Source of the DNA: Octopus sinensis
Lineage: Eukaryota
Reading direction: 5' to 3'
DNA length: 64,000 bases
Assembly: GCF_006345805.1 (NCBI RefSeq)
Contig: NC_043013.1
Span: 44,454,001-44,518,000 of the forward strand
Below are positions 1 through 10,424 of this stretch, piece after piece; position 1 is the stretch's first letter, and each line of letters starts with the position of its first letter. The translations under genes and the position numbers were made by a program. Under the pieces are notes generated by a model. The model was not told the DNA's origin. It was given only the letters and a program-made list of their open reading frames with translations, and made no database searches.

Positions 1-209
1 AATACAGTGATATGTTAGGCAAGTGTGTAACAAATCCACCCCACACCCCAATACAAGATAGGTATGACTGCTGCTACTACTCTATGCCTGTATGTGTGAG
101 TGCTTCTCTCTCTCTTTCTCTCTATCTACTTACCTATCTGTCTGGCTGTCTGTGTATATGTGTGTAATATAATCACAAAAACACAAACAGGGAATATATA
201 TATATAAAG

Positions 210-405
210 TTAATCCAAACAAGAAAACACAAAAAAACACAACAACGCGAGGACGTGGAACAAATATAGTATTATTGGACGCTCAGGAAAGAAGGAGGGT
301 TTAATGTTTCGAAGGGAGCTCTTCGTCGGAAACATAGGAGAAGGAAAGATCCAGAGAAGGGAAGACAGAGGAAAAAAAAATCGCCAACGGTACACACGAG
401 GTCAT
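210..405 (-). mobile_element. Penelope-like-element-derived short repeat with decayed minimal hammerhead-like motif (299-333)
   Basis: Near-identical second copy at 43798-44010; both abut (TA)n. Minus strand reads GTTT-CCGACGA-AGAGCTCCCTTC-GAAAC-ATT-AAAC. The PLE assignment is inferred from the motif. Confidence 0.5.
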
Positions 406-1770
406 CATATATATATATGAGCGTCCAATAATACTATATTTGTTCCACGTCCCCTTGTTGTGTTTTTTTGTGCTTTCTTGTTTGGATTAACTTTATATAT
501 ATATATGTATACTTGAGTGTTTAGCTGTGGATATCTATCTATATGTAACATATGCACATTGACATACTTATGGTCGTTCATTGATGTGTAACACTGAAAT
601 CCAACCTTCACACAACAAATATACACACACACACACACACGCACAAAGCTGATATGAAAATGTATGAGTAAAAACCTTTTGTACATTAATCATCCACCAA
701 CGTAGAAACGTATGAGTATTAAACCGATGTAACAGCTGCAAAATCAGTCACATCTGTTACTCAGTTGTAATATTTTGTCGTTAATGACTAGAATCATTAG
801 GTGGCGAGTTTGAAGCAATGCTTGAATGCCAGGTTAAATTCTGTAGTGTATTTTATGTCATTCTAAAGAGATTTTCAGTTCAAATACTTTGCCAAGGTTG
901 ACTTAGGCACTTGTACCGTCTGAGATTGATGAAATAACTGCCAGTCATATACAAAGATCAATTCATATGAAAATTTTTACCTTACACTAACAGTGCTACG
1001 TAAAAAGCGCTGGTGCTGGTACCACATAAAAGCACTGGTGATAATGCCAAACTAAAAGCATTGGTGCCATGTAAAACGCACTAGTGATGGTACCACATAA
1101 AAGCACTGGCGATAGTTTTCAACTAGCAACAATCACGCCTCGGATTTACCTCATTGGCCATGGTACCGCCTCTGTCAAATAAAACGCACCAGTGTCATAT
1201 AAAACACACCGGAGCTAATAGTTGATATAAACAACTATTATAACTACCCATTAAAATTGTTGTGGCCTTGTGCCTGTGTTAGACAACATTAGTGATTGGC
1301 TATGTGGTAAAAAAGTTGGCTTCTAAACTATATGGTTTTGTGTTTGTTCATGTTGCATAGCACCATGGGCAAGTGTCTTCTTCACTAGTGCCAGACTTAT
1401 TAATGATTTGTGAGTTAAGTTGGTAGACGGAAAGTGAAAACTGGTTTTTGGGTTCATTCCATTGCATGCATATGTGCAGGTGAGTGATCATAAATGAGTG
1501 AGTGTGTGTGTGTTTCTTCACACCTGTGTCCTGATATTGTTGATACACTTAACACATGAATCAATAACACTGGTCAGATGGTACCATTGTTTATACCTGC
1601 TTTAAAAACATGCCAGGTCATTTTATGGCTTGTCATATAAAAAACCAAGGGAGTAAATATCTTATTTGGAATCAAACTGGTAAAGCATCTAGAACAGAGA
1701 AATCTGCCTCAATAAATCTCATCTAACCCATGATGCATGGGAAAAACAGGTATAAAGATAAGATAATGAC

Positions 1771-1990
1771 CATTGTCATTGTTTAATATCTGCTTTCCAT
1801 GCAGGCATGGGTTGGACGGTTTGACAGGAGCTGGTCAGCTGCAGAGCTGTCCAGACTTCAATTACCTGTTGTAACATGGTTTCTATAGTTAGATGCCCTT
1901 CCTAATGCCAACCACTTTACAGAGTGTGCTGGGGGCCTTTTATGTGCCACTGGCATGGGTGTGTTTATGTAGCACTGAAAAAGTGAATTT
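1771..1990 (-). mobile_element. RTE 3'-UTR-derived repeat, decayed copy
   Basis: Similar to 18880-19215 and 45121-45675 (GGATGCCCTTCCTAATGCCAACCACT core). Confidence 0.65.
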
Positions 1991-2740
1991 TATATAGTAC
2001 CAGCATCTGTAAAAGACAAGCCTGTATGTATGGATGTCTGCGATTTCAGTTAGTTTGATGTGTTTTCTCAAGAACAGCAAATCGCCACAACTCCTGGTCC
2101 CTTATCCTTTTCTCAGTGAAGTCCAGTGTTTGAAGATCCACTTTGTCCCACATCTTCCTGGGACTATCCCTCCACAATTAGAGTTTGATGATAAACGAAA
2201 AACTGTGAAGTGCAAATTTAGTTACTAAATATAGTAAAGAACTATATTAAGCAAACCTAGTAAAATCCTAGACTAAGTAATTTAGTTTGATCCAGTTTTG
2301 TTTAAAACTTTAGCATTCAGATTTATTCCATCAAATTTATTCAAATTGTTGCTTCAAGATTTCAATGGTATGTTTGTATAGTTTTTGAATGGCATTGTAG
2401 GGTATGTGTGAGAGGATGGATCTGTCACTTTTAACATAAAACAGCTAGAATATCTGGGCTGGATATGGTCGGATTAAATATTCTTTCCCCTCTTTTACCT
2501 GACCATTCCCAGTCTTTTCAGGCATTGTATCTAAGACTATATTATACAATCTACATTCTTTTTTAAGTGGTTAGGCTTGTGATCTGAGGGAAATTTGGCT
2601 GCTGTTTCCAGCAGATCAAGCAAGTGCATAAGGGTTCTTTCTTTGGAACACATGGTACTCAGCCATTGACAAGAATATAAAGTTTTAAAAAGAAAAAAAA
2701 GTACAGATACAGAAACAAGTGAAAGACGAATGATACTCAC

Positions 2741-2959
2741 TCCACTACACACGGGGTGTCCTGTGTTCAATAAAACTGGTGCATTTACTTCCTGGAGTCC
2801 ACAACAGTTAAACACATACTGCACATCGTAGCGAGTCTTGTTACCAGCAAGCTTCCATCCCCTAATTGCAAGAGAGTCTTTCTGAGCATCGTTCATAGCG
2901 AGACATGCACAAGCTAGAGAAAACTGGATGAGGAACAGAAGAAACAAAATGATCATGTA
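2741..2959 (-). CDS. TSPAN13/31: Tetraspanin-13/31 orthologue, next coding exon (TM3 and EC2 with CCG motif; 219 nt, phase 0/0)
   Basis: Translates YMIILFLLFLIQFSLACACLAMNDAQKDSLAIRGWKLAGNKTRYDVQYVFNCCGLQEVNAPVLLNTGHPVCSG. Joins in frame to the previous exon (HHQVLLFF|YMIIL) and has the tetraspanin CCG motif and an NKT sequon. CAG acceptor at 2960-2962; GTGAGT donor at 2735-2740. Confidence 0.95.
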
Positions 2960-3711
2960 CTGTAAAAAAAAGTTAAGGAAAATATAAAGATATATAAAGA
3001 TATATATAAGTTCAGCAAAATTTAGATTCAGATGAATATGGTACTTAAGTTAAAGGCACCAGAATTTTGTATGGTATTATCCATATAAATCAAATGGGGT
3101 GATTATAATCAAAATAAGCAACAAGGATATCCAAGGTAGTGTAGTACAATTGTTTCATGCTACTTCATTTTATTAAACACTGTAAGTATTACATCAGTTT
3201 TAAAATGTCGAGCAATCTTCAGCCACTTATAGAATTTTTTTAATTAAACGGACAATGCACATTCTTATACTTATTTCATTTGCCAACATTACAAAGAGGG
3301 TAGATATATAGACAGAGAGGTTAATTTCCTCATTAAGAACATGGTGGTAGTATGTTCTTCTCCATCTGTAGATTTTTTATCACTAGGATATATATATATA
3401 TATATATAGGTATAATAGAACAAAACATGAAGAGGCAGTTTCAAGACATCAAATTAAGTTATAACTCAGTGAAGAGGAAACAAAGATATATGAATATATA
3501 TAATACTGCAGAAAACTAAGTGATCCAGAAAGTGCAAGTTCATAGTGATTCAGATGAGGTAATTATTTGTATCTAAAGCATCACCTTTACCTTTGTAGCA
3601 GTTGACTATTATGCTGCTACACCAGTCATTGGGTATGACTCCTTCGTATATATATATATATATATATATACACAAAAAGGGTGAAATATAATTAATTTAA
3701 TAAAATTAATA

Positions 3712-4106
3712 AATTATAATAAAGGGTTAATTGCAACAAGTTGCTCAAAACCACATACCGAAAATATTAGAAATGGCAGCCAAATCGGTCACCATTTCTC
3801 CTACTAGTAAAAAAGTCTCCACAAACAAACAGAATTTGCAACCCGTATATGGTAAAGAGAAAGAAAATAATAAAATCCCAGTCTATTTGGATTAATTATA
3901 GACGAAATCATTTCTGGATTAGAACCAGAGGTTCATTTCCTTGTCAATATATTTTCTTTCTCTTTACCATATACGGGTTGCAAATTCTGTTTGTTTGTAG
4001 AGACTTTTTTACTAGTAGGAGGAAATGGTGACCGATTTGGCTGCCATTTCTAATATTTTCGGTATGTGGTTTTGAGCAACTTGTTGCAATTAACCCTTTA
4101 TTATAA

Positions 4107-4108
<2 letters not shown>
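3712..4108. repeat. Fold-back element: ~158-bp near-perfect inverted arms (3712-3869 / 3950-4108), ~80-bp spacer, within (TA)n
   Basis: The arms are reverse complements apart from about two indels and a substitution; (TA)n tracts on both sides. Confidence 0.9.
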
Positions 4109-4148
<40 letters not shown>

Positions 4149-5334
4149 GTGGAGGAGGCATTTGACTATAAAATAAGGTCTCGATACTGTGTATTTGTTC
4201 AACAGATGTTAGCATGGAAAAAAAATAGGATGCAAAACAAACTGCTCCCAAGTGCAGCACAAGTGTCCTGCAAAAGGTGATGGGTAGAGCCCTTCTCTGC
4301 CAACTAAATGATAAAAATTTACAAAAGAATAACAATATAGATGCAACAGTTGAGGAAGTAGAATCACTGTCATTAACCATTATTGTCACCATCACTACCA
4401 TCACTGTTGCCATCATTATCTTCATCCTCAATACACAAGGATTCCTCATGTTTCAGAAATTTTAGTTATGGTAATACAAGTACTGGCATTGGTTTTTGTA
4501 TTTTTTGGTTTATTTTTCCAAGAATTTACACAGGAATGCATCACAATTATTGCATGGAATTCAATAGGGAAATAGATGTTGCTTTATAGAATTCCCTCAT
4601 CACAGCAAAGCTTTCAGGAATACAACCTTTCTACAACACAGGAGATTGCTGTATCTACAATCACTTCAATTTCGTCGCCACCACTACCCCATCATCATTA
4701 TCATCATCATAAACAAGCACCGGAAGTTACAAAACTTAGCAAAAATTTCTGTGTTAATGAGAGAGAGAGAGAAAGAGAGAGAGATTTTGTTTGTATTTTC
4801 AATATAATTTGAAGAAATTATAGAAGCAGTAACGTTTCAGTAATAATTAACCCATAGGGAATTATACTAGAACCAGTGCTATGTTATTATTATTATTATT
4901 AATAATAATAATTCCACATTCCATAACTACTGAATAGTTGTTTATTTTTGTAAATAACTCTTGAAATGGCATTCCAGCTCTAAATTCCAGAACTAAATGT
5001 TATTTTTTTTTACTTGTTTATTTTATTGATTTTTGTTAATTATTTTGGAAAATGGTAATAAGTAAAGTGGTAATGGAATTGGAGTAAGACCTGACAGGCA
5101 AACGGCTTCTTGAAATAAGGGTGAGTAATACAAAGGAGAAGTAAAAAATAGTAAGTCAGATCTCTAAATATAAATGTTGTTGCAGTTTAGTCCAAAGAAG
5201 GCACCGATTGAGCAGACTTGTAATCAAAGGTGTGCTAGTATTGACTAACCAGTATTTTTGTATTTCCAGAGACTACATTATTTTAGGTGACAAAAGAGGA
5301 AAACACACGATAATGAAGATGAATGGCAGATAAA

Positions 5335-5586
5335 TCGACGGATGGATGAATGCGCATCCAGGCTCAGCGGTTGCGTAGGAAGTCGGGGACAAGAAACAGG
5401 AAGAAAGAGTGAGAGAAAGTTGGAGCGAAAGAGTACAACAGGGGCTGCCACCCCCCCTGCCGGAGCCTCGTGGAACTTTAGGTGTTTTCGCTCAATAAAC
5501 ACACACACAACGCCCGGTCTGGGAATCGAAACCGCGATCCTCCGACTGCGAGTCCGCTGCCCTAACCACTGGGCCATTGTGCCTCC
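5335..5586 (-). mobile_element. tRNA(Arg)-like SINE (OR-type), 3'-truncated
   Basis: Head GGAGGCACAATGGCCCAGTGGTTAGGGCAGCGGACTCGCAGTC with A/B boxes (GGTTTCGATTCC); homologous to 6592-6968. Confidence 0.8.
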
Positions 5587-6138
5587 GCTGTTGTTGTTGT
5601 GGTGGTGGTGGTGGCAGAATTGATAGAGCATCAGACATTATCGTGAAGTCTTTCAAATATCTAGGCCATGTAATAACAGTAGATTAAGGTGATTAAACAA
5701 ATGTGAGAGAGACAGATACATAGGGTGCTTTTGTAAAATTGTCTTACTATATAAAGTATCCACTAGGACAGATTATATCTATCACAGTGCCTGCCAAGGA
5801 CAGATTATACAGCAGTGCCCACCTAAGACAGACTATATTTATATTTTTCAAACGTTTTGGATATCTTTTTTATATTAGGAGAGGGGGAAGTTTAGTGTTC
5901 CAGATCCAATGGTCTTGTGGCCTCCACTCCTCATTAGCGACATCCCAACTTACTATACCACTTCAGTTATAAACTTTTCATCTCACTATACGAGCAGTCT
6001 ATATAATTATTATACCATACACCCTGCTCCATCACCAGCACAATAGCGTTAGTCTTTCAAATATCTAGGCCATGTAATAACAGTAGAGTATTATTCAGAT
6101 TTTCTCCTCTCACATTATTTATTATTATTATTATTAAG

Positions 6139-6590
6139 GCGGCAAACAGGCAGAATTGCATGCCGGGAAAAATATTTAGTGGTATTTCATCCGTCTTTAT
6201 GTTCTGAGTTCAAACTCTGCCGAGGTTGACTTTGCCTTTCATCCTTTCGGGGTCGATGAATTAAGTGCCAGTGAAACATTGGGGTCGATGTAATCGACTG
6301 GTCCCCTCCCCCACATTTCAGGCCTTGTGCTCTTAGTAGAAAGGATTATTATTATTTAAAGTGGCAAGCTGGCAGAATTGTTAGCATTTTGGGCAAAATG
6401 TTTAGAGTTATTTTGTCAGTCTTTACATTCCAAGTTCAAATTCCCTTAAGGTTGACTTTGCCTTTCATCCTTTCGGGGTCGATAAAATAAATACTAGTCG
6501 AGTACTGAGGGTTGATATGATCAACTTAACCACTTCCCCTGAACTTGCTGGCCTTGAACCAGAATTTGAAAGCATTATTATTGCTGTTGT
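6139..6590 (+). mobile_element. Two tandem decayed copies of SINE family B (core TTGCCTTTCATCCTTTCGGGGTCGATAAA)
   Basis: Homologous to intact copies at 28840-29071 and 41271-41505; further decayed copies at ~7050-7435 and ~8040-8250. Confidence 0.75.
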
Positions 6591-6591
6591 T

Positions 6592-6968
6592 TGCTTGTTT
6601 GTTTGTTGAGCGAAGCGGTCTTTGTCCCGTGTGTAGTGGGAGAAGTCCGAAACGTGGTCCTTTGCTATTTGTAAGACCCGCAGAAGAGAAAGCAGGTCGA
6701 CCCCAGACGCCGAGAGCATTGACGGATGGATGTATGCGCATCCATGTTCAGCGATTGCGTAGGAAGTCGGGGACAAGAAACAGGAAGAAAGAGTGAGAGA
6801 AAGTTGGAGCGAAAGAGTACAACAGAGGTCGCCACCACCCCCTGCCAGAGCCTCGTTGAGCTTTATGTGTTTTCTCTCAATAAACACACACAACGCCCAG
6901 TTTGGGAATTGAAACTGCGATCCTCCGACCACAAGTCTGTTGCCCTAACCACTAGGCCATTGTGCCTC
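6592..6968 (-). mobile_element. tRNA(Arg)-like SINE (OR-type), full length with (AAAC)n-like tail
   Basis: tRNA-like head, body shared with 5335-5586, and a GCTGTTGTT TSD-like duplication at both ends. Confidence 0.8.
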
Positions 6969-7436
6969 TGCTGTTGTTGTTGTGGTGGTGGTGGCAGAAT
7001 TGGTAGAGTATCAGACAAAATCCTTTATAGTTTTTTACTTGTGTCCCTACATCCCAGTTCAAATTTTATGAAGACCAAATTTAACTTTCATCTCTCCAGA
7101 GAGAAGATAAAGAGGTGTTAATGAATAACATAATTGTGTACTGGAGGTTAAGTTAATTCCCTGTATTCTCTCATTTAAACTGGAAACCCTGTGTCTATCT
7201 TAGAAATTATTGCTATTGAGGAGGTGAGCTACCACAACTGTTAACATGTTGGACAAAATGTTATGTGGAATTTCTTCAGGCTCTTTATGCTCTGAGTTCA
7301 AATCCTGCTATGGTCAACTTTGCCTTTCACACTTTTAGGGTCAATAAAATATGTACCAGTCAAGTACTGCGGTTGATATAATTGACTTGTCCGTTAACTT
7401 CAAAACTATTGGCCTTGTGCCTAAAGCTGAAAAAAT

Positions 7437-8010
7437 TATTATTATTCTTACTATTGAGTGAGTGAGAGAGCAATGCATGCCATCAAAGTGACACTGGGAT
7501 ACAAATATATGAAGTGCAATATACCCATCATGACTACCCTTCTGACAAGGGTACACCAGGCACATGCATCACAACCATATGTATGCAACATGGTGATCTC
7601 ATATCAAGATAAACAGCGCATGACCTTGAAGGTGGGGCTCAGTAAGAATTTTCTTCAAGTAGAGTAGCCCATTCTGCTCAAAAGGTCCCTGGTTTGTTTT
7701 AAGGATGATGAATGAAACATCCATGTTTCCAGAGGTGTATTATTCAAACCCCAAAGAATTCCTCACAACACATGGCTATGATATTCCCCCACTACTTCTG
7801 CTCATAATCAGATAAGCACATATCATCAGCCACCAAGGGACATGCTCAACTGGTTAAGGTCAAACAAGTGACAAGCAAATCTGTGGTATTGAGCAGAATA
7901 TTTGCTGTAGCCCATCTTTTATACCAAGAAAAAACAATGTAAATGATAACACTTCCAATCAGTTAAGATCAGAAGCCATGAGAGCCACTGCCTGGTACTG
8001 CATCAGGGAA
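7437..8010 (-). mobile_element. ~570-bp dispersed repeat with (AAT)n-like tail; probable LINE 3' end or SINE
   Basis: Higher-GC block ending in an ATT-repeat tail. Only one copy in the window, so the call rests on my recognition of it as a common octopus repeat. Confidence 0.4.
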
Positions 8011-8369
8011 TTGAGAGCCTGATTATTATTATTATTATTAAGACAGTGAACTGGTTTTATCTTTAGCACACCAGGCAAAATGATTTGCAGCATTTTGTCC
8101 ATCTTTACATTCTGAGTTCAAATTACTGCCAAGGTTGACTTTGCCTTTCATCTTTTTGGGGTCGATAAATTAAGTACCAGTTGAGTACTGGGGTTGATGT
8201 AATCAACTTAACCCCCACCCCTTCCAAAATTTCAGGCCTTGTGCCTAGAGAGGATTCAGTCTTAACACAAGGTTCAATTCTATTAAGAATTACTCTGTGG
8301 ACATCTTCATGACCTCCCCACCACTGCACCTTTTCTACGTTTTTCGACTCTCTCTCTCTCTCTCTCTCT

Positions 8370-8661
8370 CTTTCTTTACTTGTTTCAGTCATTTGACTGC
8401 GGCCATGCTGGAGTACCGCCTTTAATCGAGCAACTCGACCCCGGGACTTATTCTTTGTAAGCCCAGTACTTATTCTATCGGTCTCTTTTTGCCGAACCGC
8501 TAAGTGACGGGGACATAAACACACCAGCATCGGTTGTCAAGCAATGCTAGGGGGACAAACACAGACACACACACATACATATATATATATATACATATAT
8601 ACGACGGACTTCTTTCAGTTTCTGTCTACCAAATCCACTCACAAGGCTTTGGTCGGCCCGA
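8370..8661 (-). mobile_element. SINE family A, head truncated
   Basis: Highly similar to 20005-20401 and 40268-40670. Confidence 0.85.
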
Positions 8662-10010
8662 CTGTTCACACTTTTTCCACTATGTCCACCCAACTAACCA
8701 ACAACTTCACATAAACAGACACACACACAAATATAAATGGAATCAGTCAAATTTTCATTGGTGACCCACCATCACCACCACCACCACCACCAACATATTG
8801 GTGAAAATAACCACAACCAGTAACTGCTATATTCTACTGCTGTTTAATAATAAAAGATGTCTAATGCACATATTCTTCAGTCAGCTAGACATTTTCTACT
8901 TTTTCCGCATTATTTTATACCTTATTTCACCTCTACCGACACACACATACACACACACACATGCAAACATGTTCAGCGATGCAGGCATACACATAGTACA
9001 GTACAGCCAAGCTAAGGAAGCTAATGACGAGACAATTATTACAAGTGTCATATGTAAAAGACTGCCTCCGACTTCCCACTACCACTTTCATCAGTAATTA
9101 CATTAACTAGTCTACAGCTACTCACCGACAATGTGTGTGTGTGTATATTAATTTCTGCACACACACACACACAATGCCTGTTTTTAACACGTCTATGGAC
9201 ATAGACACCAAGCTGACTGCACTCATCTGTGATTGGTAAAAGTACAATCAGAATCGTTTCAGTAGTGACTAGCTGTACACAACCTTTCTATATGACTTTG
9301 TAATTCTACTTATTACACACACAAACTGAGGCAATGTGGTTGTGAGTTCTGGTAGAAATAGCAACTAAATCTCCCTCAATTCACGCACAACTGTCTTTAA
9401 AAAAAGATATGGTAACAATGAATGATGTAGTCTTGGCCTAGATATTAAAAAAAAAAAAAAAAAAAAAAAGGGAGGATGGTCATAACTGGAACTCTTTTGA
9501 AACCACAAGTCCTCTCATTCAGAGCAAACTCAGAGCTAAAACAACAAATACCAATTACACATGCATGCATACATGTAATTTTAAATTTTAAAGAATTTAG
9601 TTTTAAAATACATGTTTATGTGTAAACATACAAAGATATGACAAAAAAATGTCAACTAGAAATGGTCATATTCTAAGAGTGGGAGTATGGAGGAGGGTTG
9701 TTATCTAAAATCTAAATCTGTAAAATAACATATTCCAAAACACATTCTGTAGCTGTTGTTGCTGTCGTAGGATTACTGCTGGACCAGTGCTACTACAGAG
9801 CTGATGTTAACAATTACATGGATGGTAATAGACCTGGTTTTCAATGATAAGGTATGGCTGTGTGGTTAAGAGGCTTGCTCTGCAGCAATGTGGTTTTGAG
9901 TTCAGTCCCACTATAGGGCAAGCATCTTCTGAAGCCCTGGGCTGACTGGTGTCTTCTGAGTGAATTTAATATATGGATATATGTAGAAATCCACTGTATA
10001 TATATATAAA

Positions 10011-10387
10011 GGCGCAGGAGTGGCTGTGTGGTAAGTAGCTTGCTTACCAACCACACAGTTCAAGGTTCCTTCCCACTGCGTGGCACCTTGGGCAAGTGAC
10101 TTCTACTATAGCCTCAGGCTGACCAAAGCCTTGTGAGTGGATTTGGTAGACAGAAACTGCAAGAAGCCTGTCGTATACATGTAATATATATATATATATA
10201 TGTATGTGTGTGTTTGTGTGTCTGTGTTTGTCCCCCCCAACATTGCTTGACAACCGATGATGGTCCCCGTACTGATAGAATAAGTACTAGGCTTCCAAAG
10301 AATAAGTCCTGGGGTCGATTTGCTCGACTAAAGTTGGTGCTCCAGCATGGCTGCAATCAAATGACCGAAACAAGAGAGTGTAAAGAG
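10011..10387 (+). mobile_element. SINE family A (tRNA-derived, internal (TA)n(TG)n), with internal deletion
   Basis: Head GGCGCAGGAGTGGCTGTGTGGTAAGTAGC and B-box-like GGTTC; homologous to 31079-31443. Confidence 0.85.

Positions 10388-10424
<37 letters not shown>

Noticed and set aside
3130-3230. CTGAAGA core on the minus strand in a PLE-looking relic
   Set aside because: No convincing stem II or GAAAC-NUH; insufficient for a hammerhead call.
5510-5586. tRNA-Arg-like sequence (similar heads at ~6900-6968, ~21880-21953, ~43150-43222)
   Set aside because: These are SINE heads continuing into SINE bodies, without a proper acceptor stem; not tRNA genes.
5278-7121. Overlapping 70-155 aa ORFs
   Set aside because: They lie within SINE copies and recur wherever the SINE recurs.
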